From NCBI RefSeq assembly GCF_037042905.1, contig NC_087251.1, positions 30,072,001 to 30,136,000 on the forward strand: 64,000 nucleotides of DNA. Reading direction: 5' to 3'. Source of the DNA: Lytechinus pictus. Its lineage: Eukaryota. Positions 26,857 through 39,301 of this stretch are shown here, piece by piece. Under the pieces are notes generated by a model that was not told the origin of the DNA, did no database searches, and worked only from the letters and a program-made list of their open reading frames with translations. Position 1 is the stretch's first letter. Every line of letters begins with the position of its first letter. Made by a program: the position numbers and the translations under genes.

Positions 26857-27590
26857 TATCTTCGTGAACACCCTTCGATCAGTGAGCGACAAGTCTCATT
26901 TATCTACCACTATCTTCGTGAACACCCTTTGATCAGTGAGCGACAAGTCTCATTTATCTACCTCTATCTTCGTGAACGCCCTTTGATCAGTGGGCGACAA
27001 GTCTCATTTATCTACCACTATCTTCGTGAACACCCTTTGATCAGTGAGCGACAAGTCTCATTTATCTACCACTATCTTCGTGAACACCCTTTGATCAGTG
27101 AGCGACAAGTCTCATTTATCTACCACTATCTTCGTGAACACCCTTTGATCAGTGAGCGACAAGTCTCATTTATCTACCACTATCTTCGTGAACACCCTTT
27201 GATCAGTGAGCGACAAGTCTCATTTATCTACCTCTATCTTCGTGAACACCCTTTGATCAGTGAGCGACAAGTCTCATTTATCTACCACTATCTTCGTGAA
27301 CACCCTTTGATCAGTGAGCGACAAGTCTCATTTATCTACCACTATCTTCGTGAACACCCTTTGATCAGTGAGCGACAAGTCTCATTTATCTACCTCTATC
27401 TTCGTGAACACCCTTTGATCAGTGAGCGACAAGTCTCATTTATCTACCACTATCTTCGTGAACACCCTTTGATCAGTGAGCGACAAGTCTCATTTATCTA
27501 CCACTATCTTCGTGAACACCCTTTGATCAGTGAGCGACAAGTCTCATTTATCTACCACTATCTTCGTGAACACCCTTTCATCGGCGAGCA
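26857..27590 (+). repeat. Nearly perfect 54-bp tandem array, 13 full copies plus a partial copy
   Basis: Unit TATCTTCGTGAACACCCTTTGATCAGTGAGCGACAAGTCTCATTTATCTACCAC; one frame is open (YLREHPLISERQVSFIYH). Confidence 0.98.
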
Positions 27591-28249
27591 TCTCTATTCC
27601 GTCAACATGCGATCTCTAGCTTTTACCTTGATCATAATCAACCATCATAAGTTTTGGTGCTTCTGATTATATCGCCCTTCGTCTATCTTCAAGGTAAGCA
27701 ATTGCCAATACTTTTGAATGATCTCGTTTTCTACATTTAATTAAAAAAAACTTACCATTATATAAAGTACCTAATCAAAATAGAATCGAATAAGTATGAG
27801 GGAGAAACACAAATATTACAGTTCAATCTTTTACGATTCCGCAAACTAGAATGTGTGCTGAGACTAGAATTTTAATGAGAAAATCCAATCATTGCCATTG
27901 ATATAAGGGCTATTACCTGAGTTTACCTCATGATTCAAAATAGAAATATATATATATACATGTATATTATAAATTGGAATCAAAATGCCTAAAAGAAATT
28001 TGAGCATAAGGGGAAACTGGACTGAATGTAACTTTGGAAATTATATTTTCTCTTAGTTTTTCTATTTTTTATTCAGGAGTGCTCTAATGGCAACACAATT
28101 GTTTCTATGACAACGGTGACCAAGAGAGAACATCGGTGTAACAGACAAGACTGTCGGGATGATTTCAACAAGGGCTGAATCAATAACTCTGTGCTTTATA
28201 CCCCCCCCCCTCCCCTTAGGATGGATAAGATTAAGGCTATGTTAATAAT

Positions 28250-30500
28250 GATCATTCTTACTTACCCGGGATCACTACTTCGCTTCAGAAATTTCTGGCA
28301 CTCTTCCGATAGTGAGAAGGCCATGCTGAATGCTAACGGCTCTGATTTTTTCCCAATACAGGCAAACAGCTCCTTAGCGGGTCAGCTTGACATAACTATA
28401 TCGTAGTTGGCGGTCTTCCAGTGGCTGGATGCAGTTTAGACATGATATTAAGCAATGACTCCTCTCTTTTTTTACTAGGGAAACCACTTGAGTTGACATT
28501 GAAGATCTTTTAAGTGTATGCCACTTTTCTTAACTTTTAATACATTTTTCTTCTCTTTTCCGTCTAGATGCATTTTTTTACGAAAGGAAACCACTTAAGC
28601 TGAAAATTGCGCTTTTCTTTTGATTTTGATATTAACGATTATTTTCTTTAAGGATGGCCATTTCTGAGTTTATTGGCGGTCTTCAAGAAGCCATGTTATC
28701 GTAACGTAACATGGTATTGTTTCTTTTATTCTAAAAAAATGGCGGCTAAAAGATGACAAGGTACATTTTAAAATCTACTTTGAATATTTCTAATCATACA
28801 CGTCTTTGTCAAATTATTGGGTTGTTATCCTTGGCAGAAAATTTAGTGTTTTTTGTTAACTTCTCTTTCAAGTTTGCTACATTTCAAACATGAATATTGA
28901 TGGCTCTTTTTTTCTGTTCCACTTTGAATAGTTTTCAATTGAATGGCCCTGCTATCGTTTCTATTAAACGTGACACTAAATTTCTTTTCACCTGGGGGAG
29001 CCACTTTATATTTCATTGAAGGTCTTTCTTTAGTCTCACTAACATCCCCTTTCCATAACCCCGTTCCTAGTTAAAAATTGATATGTTAATTCCCTTCTCC
29101 CATTTTCAGAAGCAGAGCATCGGATATAAAACGAAAGTCCAATTTATGTACCAAATGGAATATAGAATCATGATAATTGGTTATGTAATCCATGTGTATT
29201 TCCTTTTTTTCTTCTATTTTCTTCTTTTCCCCTCCAAGTAGATGCATTATAATTATAAAAGTTAATGATGATTCTTTTTTTCTTTATCAAGGGTATTGCC
29301 ACTTTAGCTGATTTGGGAGGTCTTCTATTTATTTTGCTAGCATTGGTAATGACTTGTAACTTAGAATCCTTTTCTCTTTTCAGGCAAGATAAGTTGTGAA
29401 TATGAATATTGATAATGACTCTTATTGACCAAGGATATCTACTTCTGCTAACAGCGGTTTTCAGCTTTCCTGCTTGTACAAAATATATATGATATTACCC
29501 TTACTCTATAATTATGTGTCCAGGTTAGTCAGTTCAGCTTTTAACAGTGGTTTACCAGCGCTTTGTTGTGATTACTATACTGATTAACAAACTAACAACT
29601 CTTGTTTATAGCTAGCTGGTTCAGCTTTCATTGGCGATCTTCCGTTAGCCTTATAGATGTTCCTTCTATAACCCTGCCTCTTATTTTCCTAAGATTTCAG
29701 AAAGTTTTATCGATATTATTCCAGCGTACCAAGCTATTAAACATATGCTTTTATTTCCCTTTCATTCTCGAAAGAGCGGTGGCTGCTATAGACAGAAAGT
29801 CCTATTTAAAAAAAATACTTGTTAATTTTTGTGCATTCACGTTTCTGATAGCTCCTGGTAGATTTTTCTCTTTTAGGCTGAATGCGTACTAAACGTGATG
29901 TTGAAAATGAATTTTATTTTCCAGGATAGCCACCTGAGTTTCATTGACACTCATTAATTACTTATATTTACCTAGCTAGGGTAGCCATTTCAGCTTAAAT
30001 TAGCGCTCTTTTAGTCTTACTAACATAACATGTTCATGGTGTTGTAATGCCCCTTAACAATTCATCCTATCTTCCTAAGTAGACATTCCAGCTTTTATCG
30101 GTGGTATTCCAGTGTGCCTGCTATAATTCACGTTCATTTCTGTTTATGATAACTTCTGATAGATTTTTCTCTTCCAGGCTGGATGTGTCAGAAACGCGAA
30201 AATTACTCTTATTGCATGTATTGAGTCAGGGGGGTCACTTCAACTTTTATTGACGGTCTTTCAGTGGGCCCCGTTTGACATGTTTCCCTATACTCGATGA
30301 TTACTTTAGTTCACCTAAAATTGCCACTGACTTCCGATTATATTGGTGATCTTCTCGCTCTCTTGCTTATGACACAATCCTTACATTTATCCAGGGAAAC
30401 CACTTCAGGTTGCTTTCGTGTTGGCTTCCAGCTCTATGTGACGAGGTTCCCTTCGTCCTTACTAAAACACAAGAGTAGCTGATAAGATACAGAAAGCACT
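28250..30500 (+). repeat. Diverged, longer paralog of the degenerate intronic repeat
   Basis: AGGG(T/A)A(G/A)CCACTT motif variants near 28475, 28583, 28992, 29288, 29520, 29921, 29977, 30227 and 30391. Colinear with 3230-5200. Confidence 0.7.
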
Positions 30501-31121
30501 TACAACTGGTAACTATATTAGTTTTCTTCCATCACTCCCAGCAGACCTTGTTTAACATTAATTTATTACGACCCTTAATAATGACTTATCTGATTTAGAA
30601 CTGACAAATTCACACATTGATGCGTTTGTAAAGCCTTATGATAATGATGTTTCACATTATATTCACCAGGGTAATCTGTGAGGTTTCTTTTCAAAAAAAT
30701 TCTAGGTGACCCTGCTCAACATCGTTTGTAATGTTATCTCAATCCATTGCCTACTGGAACCAGGTGATCCCTGTACAAAGCCTATGGGAATCACGGAATT
30801 CAGTAGTCAACTGGTTAATTATAAATCTTATTTACCTAGAGTGGATACAGATCATCAACCCCAGTGACGATCAGACCCGGTATAAAACAAGCAAAGAGTT
30901 GTGATTTTTGTTTTCTTTAAATTTATTATGTCATGAAATATTACTTTATCATGCTCATTCAGGTTATTTGTGATAGACGTTCATACACAGTCATGAGACC
31001 AAGTAATATCAAATTATTTCACTATCTAGCAGTCTGGCCACTGGGACAGCTTGGGACTCAAGTAAACTACCCTGTTGAATTCCAGACTAATTTCATCCTT
31101 TTCTCTTGGTTGTGTTCGGGG

Positions 31122-31520
31122 TTCGTTGCTCTTGATATTTTGAGCAAAGGGTTTGTTTCCTGTTTATAACTTGTTCTGATTTGATTTTCTGATTTTTGTC
31201 ATTATTATGTACATATAAGTGGATCTTTATTTTGTTCGTTGCTCTTCTTTTGAGCAAAGGTTTTATTCCGGTTTTGTAATTTGTTCTGATTTGATTTTCT
31301 GATTCTTGTCATTATTATGTACATCTAAGTGGTTCTTGATTTTGTTCGTTGCTCTTCTTTTGAGCAAAGGTTTTATTCCGGTTTTGTAATTTGTTCTGAT
31401 TTGATTTTCTGATTCTTGTCATTATTATGTACATCTAAGTGGTTCTTGATTTTGTTCGTTGATCTTCTTTTGAGCATAGGTTTTATTCCGGTTTCGTAAT
31501 TTGTTCTGATTTGATTTTCT
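31122..31520. repeat. 110-bp tandem repeat, about 3.6 copies
   Basis: TTCGTTG(C/A)TCTT starts at 31122, 31235, 31345 and 31455. Confidence 0.92.
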
Positions 31521-33229
31521 CGTTTTTATCATTTTTATACAAACTTTTGTACATCTGCTTTTCGTCTAACTTATATACAGGTGAATCCCGATGAAAGGAG
31601 AGCAGCATTTGATCACCTTTATTTCCTAACTGAATATTGTAATTAAAAAAAAATATTTTGTCATCTATTCCCTCAGCCGTCACCCTCTTTTCCCCTGTAC
31701 CCTTCGCACCTGCATGCGCCGCCCGTGCCCGTGCCAGCGTCGTTGTTCATGTTATCTGTTTTTGCACATTTTTTTTATACCTGTTTGTGCCTATGTGTGC
31801 ATATATGTTCAGTATATGTTCCTAATTGCGTTTAATAACTGTACTGTGTTTGTGCCTATTTATGGCTTTTTGTGAAATTTGTTGCGTACTATTTATTATT
31901 TATCATTTTCATCAGTCATCCACCATCCATTATCCATGGGGCTTTCATACTAACTATATACTAAGCATTGCATAATTTAGTTTATTTCCCTTTTTAGTTA
32001 TACGTGTAATCACCTTTTATTTATACTAACCCGGGGTCATGCTGCTACCTTCACGCGGTGACTCTGTTAACGTGCAAGGGCGTCACGAATTACAGATGCA
32101 GACAACGATTTTCCGTTATTCAAAAGAATTTGCCCACATGCATTTGATGAAAAAAAAATATTTTCATACGTTAATAGAATCCTTGATGAATTACCTACCA
32201 GCAGAACTATCCAATTGTTGAGTTGGTACACAAAATTTCGTAACGCCCTAGCACAACCAAAGCAGCCATTAACATAATTTATTTTATTTTACGCATCCTG
32301 TTCATGATTACAGAAAGCGCTAATTATTATTTAAAAAATACAAGTAAGTGTGAGCTGAGGTTTCTTAACATTCAGACCTAAAAACCAGTCATTTAAAACA
32401 CTTTTTGTTATCATGAATATGATGCATATCTCACTAAACAAAATAATAAAAGCTCGAAATTTTCGACCTTTACTTTCGGGTCAATGTGGCCTTCAAGTTT
32501 GAAATCAATATGGTGCCCCGAGTTTAAGATCGAATTGTTGCACCTAACTTCAGGATTCCCCTAATTTTCAACCAAAATGGCATCCCTTATATTTAGGATC
32601 AATATGGCGCCCCCAATTTTAAGATAAATTGGCACCCCATTTTTTTTCAGGTCAATTTGCCACCCTTATTTTTCAAACGAATTCGGCGCCCCTTGCTTTA
32701 TAAGGATTAGGATTTATTTAGATTTGGAGGTCAGGTTATATGTTTTGCGTAACGTGTAGATTTTCCATCGGAGTAATTGTCGCCGGAGCAAATGTCATGG
32801 AACCAATCTGGCATCCCCCTCAAGTTTAAAATCAATATGGCGCCATTAGATTAATTTGGCGCCCCTGCATGTAGATGAAAAGATCAATTTTGGAACATGC
32901 CACAATTTTTTTTAAATTTGCCCTACTTTCTGCCTATTCTCCCCTCTCTTTAATTATTTTCCCCTCTTTTTTTCCCTGTCTTTATTACAATTCTTTTGTT
33001 CCCCCTCTCCTCTTTTTTAATTCCCATTTCCCAACTTCTCAATTTTCTCTTCTTTTCCCAATCCCTTTCCTTCCATTCTCTTTTTTTTATTTCCTCTTCT
33101 TGTTGACATCCATTGTACGCTCATGACTCCCATATTCTGAGTATATAAAAACTTATTTTGATTACTTAATGTATAGGCCTTCTTTATGGTTGGTTTTAAT
33201 TCCTAAGGACTGACTATTATTTTAATTTA

Positions 33230-33506
33230 ATACTATTCTGAATTCGGGTTTAATTTAAACTCTGGTCTAACTATGGAAAGCCAACTGTGACACAAGTCTA
33301 TAAGAGATGTTCAACGTACTATCAGCTTATTTGACTCTCAAATCATTCTTAAAAGTGTCTTTAACATTATAGAATTAGGGAAGAGCACATGCAGTAAACG
33401 TAAGGAATATACAATATGTATACATAATTTTTATTTCTCCTGCTTCCCATAATTTTAGCACAGAGTTAGACGATGGTCTAGTTAAACCTGACTTCAAAAT
33501 ACTGGC
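33230..33506. mobile_element. Degenerate MITE
   Basis: TATTCTGAATTCGGGTTTAA ... TTAAACCTGACTTCAAAATA imperfect inverted ends. Confidence 0.5.
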
Positions 33507-34479
33507 TGTAGATTCACACCGGTGAAACCTACTTCAGGCGGGTCACAGTTTTATTTCCAATGACATAAAATTGGTCGATTTGTTGGTGTGACTGCATGAT
33601 AACTTTAGAAATTTCCAATTTAGAAATATTATAAAAACCCAAATCAGATACAGAATCCACTATTTGAAATACGAATTATTTAATATCAATAAAAAGCACG
33701 TTGAATAATAATGAACTTTGGAAAAACGACCAAAACATGTGGGGGGGGGAAGAAATATTGGTTTGAATTTCACAAAGCAAGCAAAACAATCAGTGTGACA
33801 TAAAAGTTACTATATATATATACACACTTAAATGCTGGGCAATATACTGTCCACTGTGTTGGGTAATATAAGCTGGTAAAATTATCTGGGCAATTATTAT
33901 CCAATTGAGCCAATTTATTACCCAATCATTAGTGTTTTATTACCCAATTTTGAAAGATTTTAACCAATAGTTGTGTGGACAGGGTTGGTTAAAAGTTGGA
34001 CAAATCATAACTTCATGCAAAAGAATCAGGGTATACACCATTATGTCCGAAACAAAAAGAAAATATACATTTTGTGACAAATAATTACTATTGCACATGA
34101 GCATCAACATCTAAATATGTTTTGAAAAATAATTAAAGAAAAGGGAATTTAGAAAATAAGCATTTTTCGTTTTATACGTTGAAAAGAAAAATACAATGGG
34201 AATAAATAAGTGATAAATTGTTTAACGGTTATCTTTCCTCAAAAACTACAGAACCAAGAAATAGTTAGCACCCTATAATAGTCGTTTAAAAAAAATGGGG
34301 GGGTGGTATATACACAAATCACAAAATTGAAATATTCAGTCATATACTTTAAGGTAACACAGTCGGAAATGCAGTTTATTTTGTCCTATAGTTTAAAGAA
34401 AGGTGCTTAACAAGGCTGGAATTAAATAAGAAAGAAGAAAGTACAGTAATCATACATTTTTTAATCATTATTTCAATAC

Positions 34480-34660
34480 CATCATCCATCGACATCATAT
34501 CACGACATCATCATAATTTATCAATATTATCACTGTTATCATCATCATCATCATCGTCATCATCATCATCAGCACCATCGTCATCATCAACATCTTCCTT
34601 CTCCTCTTCATCATCATCATCATCATCATAGTCATCATCATCAAAATCAGCATCATAATG
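34480..34660. repeat. (CAT)n microsatellite
   Basis: Direct inspection. Confidence 0.9.
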
Positions 34661-34685
34661 ATGCTAACTGCAGAATAGCTTTAAA

Positions 34686-34853
34686 GTGCCATCGACTTGA
34701 CAATAAATTTTATCTCGAGATTTGATTTTATATCATCAGCGTGCACGCACTACATCCAGATGGAAACAAATCCAGACAGGACATATATCTTAATGTCATA
34801 ATGTCGACTTGTCAAGACATACGTATCTCGCCATCTCGACAAGTCGATGGTAC
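34686..34853. mobile_element. Small MITE-like inverted-repeat element
   Basis: GTGCCATCGACTTG ... CAAGTCGATGGTAC inverted ends (1 mismatch). Confidence 0.6.
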
Positions 34854-34855
34854 AT

Positions 34856-35681
34856 CCAATTCAAAGGGATGGAAGATTATCCTGTTGACACTGCTTCAAA
34901 ATGTAGGTGGTGACTTTATATTCCATTGTAATTATGATCTTAATATTTTAAACCTGACAATTCCTGAATGGTATAAAGATGTCATGATTAGTTGGAGCAC
35001 AGTATTTCAAAAAAACATAAAAATATGTGACCAAATAATATGGAATAATAGATGCATATTACAAAATGGAAATTCTTTTTATAAGCCAGAGATAAAAAAC
35101 AAACGTTTTGTTAAAGTGTCACATATGTTGGATGAGTATGACAGACCATTAAAATGGAAAGATGCCAAAAGTAAAGGCTTAACATTTGTTGAATACTTTT
35201 TGCTTCTCGACTGTTACAAGTTTATGCCATCAAAATGGAAAGTATTTTTTCTATCTCAAAACTTTCATCCCATTGTCGACTTTAACTTCATGACTTTAAC
35301 TATTGATGGCATCACTAGAGAAGTAACAGGTGTACCAAAGTATATTTTTTACACATTTTTTAAAGGAAAATAACCCATCAATTTCGAATATATTTACACG
35401 TTTAAAAGACACTTATGGGTTTCAACAAGAAGAAGTAAGAGAACTCTTAAAACTCCCTCTACGTACTTCTATAGATACGAGACTTCGAGCTTTACAATTC
35501 AAGATTCTTAATAATTTGATTCCTACCAAGGTTTGGTCATTCCGTATTAACAATGTAACGGATACACTTTGTACATTTTGTAAAGTATCACCAGAAACTC
35601 TAGTGCATCTTTTTTTATTCTTGCCACGTCGTTAACCAATTTTGGAATAATGTTGGTACACTTTTTGCTTCACTAGATCTT
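34856..35681 (+). mobile_element. 5'-truncated Tx1/L1-type LINE ORF2 C-terminus (zf-RVT region), part 1
   Basis: IIWNNRCI...SFY and LRALQFKILNNLIPT...CTFCKVSPETLVHLF.SC...FW (CCHC-type). Frameshifts near 35370 and 35615. Confidence 0.88.
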
Positions 35682-37018
35682 TCAAATTCAAATTCAAATT
35701 CAATTCGGTTTTATTAAACAATACTCATCAAAAAGTCCGAAGACTAACAATGTAAGTTTACATTTTTTTTTAAATACATAACAAAGAATAAATAAATACA
35801 TAACATGGAGTGACCATTAAAGAAGAAAAAAAATATACATTATGTTTAAAATGCAATAATAGTATAAAAAGAAATAGAATGAGCAGATGCATGTAATAAG
35901 ACAGATTAAATTTATATATATATAAAAAAAAGCACGTGAGGAGCAAGAAAGGGGAGCAAGAATGGCAAAAGTAAGCATGTGGAAATGTGAGAATAGAGAG
36001 GGAGATGTAGCAAAAAATAAAGGAAAGAGGGGAAAAAGGAATGAAGGAGGAAAAAAAGAAAGACCCGCAATAAATTGCAGATTACAAATATAAGAATTAT
36101 GAGTTTAAAAAAAAAGTGACATGTTGGCGATCATGATAGACGAGAGAGTGGGAAAGAGCAACAGGGGGATAGAGAGAGAAGGAGGGAGAAAGACAGAAAG
36201 AGAGAAAAGAAAGGTCAGACAGAATCTGAAAGAAGGGCATCATATCTAATCCTAAGTTACATAAGTAAACAAGATATACGTGGAAAAAAAGGTAAGCATC
36301 AATAATGAATACTGGTCAGACACCAAATGAAAGGGAGAAATACAAAAATATAACATTAATGATTTACAATACTGATTTACATTACAACGCTGTCCAAAGT
36401 GAATGAAGCAAGTGGGAGTTTGATGCATTGATGAAAGGAAAACTATAGAAAAGGAGAAAGAAGCAAGAGAGCAAAAAAGACAGAGAAACAGATAAATATG
36501 ATAAAAAAGGGAGAGAGAGAGAGAGGAATAGAAAAAGTACATCACATCCAGTAGGGAATATTGCACAACAGGTACATGAAAATGTTAAAATGCAATCATA
36601 AAACTTATACAATACATGTGAGAGATAACTGATTTTTAAAATTACATTTTGAATACATTTGTGCAAACATTAAAATCAAAATCATCATCCCCAGGATGAG
36701 CAAACTGACAAGCATCTGTGTAAATAGAGCTATATGAAGATTTTTATAAATGTAGCAGATAATAGTGTGATGAAATCAGAAAAGAGAAGTTGTAGAAAAG
36801 TGAGAGAGAAAGAGAGAGAGAAAGAAAACATCACAAAGGAATATTGCACATCAAATGAGATAAAAATAATTTATGCATACAGATATAGTCTGAGATTAAC
36901 CATACATGTATTCAATAGGCTAGCAGGAATAACAATGTAACTGAATAAATTGCACACAGTAAATTCACTGACTGTTTAAAGTTCGAATGAAATAAGGGAT
37001 GGGGGAATTCCGATATCT
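35682..37018 (-). mobile_element. 3' fragment of an L2/CR1-group LINE inserted into the Tx1/L1 element
   Basis: On the minus strand: a DI.NSPSLISF-like ORF end, a long pyrimidine-rich UTR, AATAAA and a (TTTGAA)n tail. Confidence 0.6.
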
Positions 37019-37527
37019 GTCAGTTCTCATCCTGATTTCCTCTCAGAAAGATATGTTCTTTTTGGTATCTTTAAGCCCCAAATTCCCAGAAAATATATTT
37101 ATATTGAACTTTCTGCTCCTGTCAGGTACACAATATATTTTTAGATGTCGATGTGACGAAACAAAACATACTCTCCCTCATTTTTGTAACTTTTATCATT
37201 TGAAACTGTTGAACATACTATAGCACAAAGGAAATGCAAATTAGGAAAACATGATGGCAAGTGGGCTATCGTTCTGAATACTTTAAAGAGGCGATAAAGC
37301 AGAAGGCTGTTTTTGTTATGTTGATTTTTTTATAGGCCAAGTGCCTGAATTTTTTTTTTGTAAACAAACATATATGTTTTCTTATCTTATACTATTTTGT
37401 ATGTTAGACAGGTTTTTCTATATGCCAACGTCATCTGAACTTTTATATGTGATCCATTATATCATGAATGTTTTGTTATGTATATTTTGATGAAAAGGAT
37501 CAATAAAACATGAATTACAAAAAAAAC
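37019..37527 (+). mobile_element. Tx1/L1-type LINE part 2: ORF2 end, 3' UTR, poly(A)
   Basis: YVLFGIF..ILNFLLL..QYIFRCR..EHTIAQRKCKLGKHDGKW; AATAAA at about 37502 followed by an A-tail. Confidence 0.85.
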
Positions 37528-37619
37528 AGAGGGTGATGGAAACTGTTTTTGGCGCGCATAATAGATTAGTTAAATAAGAAAGAATTTGAGAAATAAGCGG
37601 GGTAAATGTTGTTTTGTAA

Positions 37620-38012
37620 AGGCCACGTGCCGCACACCTTATACGATTGATTTGCGACCCGATTTTTTAAATAAAACGTCGTAGAATTTGATGCTAATAT
37701 TGAGACATGGAATATCTTACTGTGTATCGTTCTAAATAGTCGTACGAATACCCACTTTCAAATTAATCTGAGACTATGCTATCGTCCTTTTCGGAATAAA
37801 AGCGAATTTAATGTCTAGTAGTAACGACGTCACAGTAATCGTACAATTGACTGCGATTTGAAACTAATTTGGCCTTCACTTCGAAATAAATGCTTGCAAT
37901 TCTTCCAAAATTGTCATATTAGTATTCTTTCAGTTATTTAGAACCTCAAATTAAATATACTTTTCATTTACAAAATCGGATCGTGGACCAGTCGTAATGT
38001 GAGCGGTGGCCT
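37620..38012. mobile_element. MITE with ~45-bp imperfect TIRs (Kolobok-like)
   Basis: AGGCCA..CCGCACAC..CGACCCGATTTT / AAAATCGGATCG..GTGAGCGGTGGCCT; degenerate TTAA-like flanks. Confidence 0.65.
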
Positions 38013-39301
38013 GAAGGTGTATAGAGGGACGCTATGGTCAGAAACTCAAAGTAATCGGCCTATACCCCAGAGACGTCAAAACGCAAAATAAAATAGGTAA
38101 AACAAGTACAATGTTGCCTTTATATCCACATGTAGATAAATCTAATATTATTGATTTTAATTATTTCCTCTTTATAAGGCAAAATAATTTCCACATTAAG
38201 CCATGCAGCTCCATGGCACATACAAATTTTAATATACATGTACTTGGTAGGGTGTAATATAATAACCAGCACATACAGTACAAGCCAAAAGCTTGGGCCA
38301 CCTTCAGATTTAAAATATAATCATATATAACTCTGCATTCTGCATATAAGCAAATGTATTGATACTGAATGGGCTAAGACAGTTCCATTACATCACAAAA
38401 GCATGTTTCCATCCAGTTTTGATTGCACTTTTGTGAACACCAGTCTGTTTGTTTTTATAGTATAATCAAATTTTATGCAAAATTTCAACTTTGAATATAT
38501 CTAAAGTAAAGGATTGTCTGACATAGCAACACATAATATATGCAAACTGGATTATTGCAATAGATGTTTGAAGGTTTGCATGGTAGCATAGACAATTGCT
38601 GGGGTGGTTTATATGGTAGGCCTATACCATATGTAAAGTCCTGGAAAGGACTTAGATAAAAGTGGATAGAGGTAGAAAAGCAATGGAGAAGCGACAACGT
38701 GGCGGTTAGAAAGTAGAGTAGGACAGTAAACCAAAAAGAGTGAAAAGCTTGAGCAGTAGACAGGATGAGAGGCTTGAGTTGGAGGGGTGAGAGAAGATTG
38801 AGTAGATGAGAGAAGGCATGGCTTGAGATGCTAATGGGCTAAAAGAGCAGGAGTGGGAGAGAAGACTCGACGTTTCAGGCAGGTTGACTGTCTGAGTGAC
38901 AGGTTAACTATCCGCACGTTGACATATATTATTTGTTGCTATGTTAGACAAGCCTCTGACAAGAATTTAGGTTGTCAAAAAACAACCTTTGCATTAAATA
39001 TTTTCAAATATTATGCATACCTTTAAAGTTTAAAGTTCTGCATAAAATTTGTATTTATTATGAAAACCGACTATAATTTCATTACTAAGCGAAAATATCA
39101 GAAATATATTTTGTTTACGTAAATCGATGACGTCGTTCCCGTAATCAAATTATCCAAATTAACCCTAAAACCGCCTAAAACTCGATATTTTCCGCCACTA
39201 TTCCGCTGCGCAAGATTTTTACTTTGAAGTCTTGCGCATCTTTGGAGGCCAAATTTGCAATGCCCGGGTATGCAGTTCGAAATTTACGGAACATCACGTA
39301 A

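Larger units (their letters stand above)
20780..28193 (+). pseudogene. Copy C, diverged paralog; last exon not found in window
   Basis: Donor after 20898. Exon 22085-22178 reads DCIECIN*LRNTGFHRFVGPEQTSCDRCAAR. Acceptor at 23052, donor after 27693. Exon 28077-28193 reads ECSNGNTIVSMTTVTKREHRC and its donor is lost. Confidence 0.55.

Noticed and set aside
26857..27590. CRISPR-like array
   Set aside because: Units are contiguous with no unique spacers, the context is eukaryotic, and there are no cas genes.
34741..35373. 210-aa host gene
   Set aside because: The N-terminus comes from a MITE and the remainder is a truncated LINE ORF2.
38274..38320. Tc1/mariner-like left end (TA|CAGTACAAGCCAAAAG)
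   Set aside because: No matching right end or transposase remnant was found.
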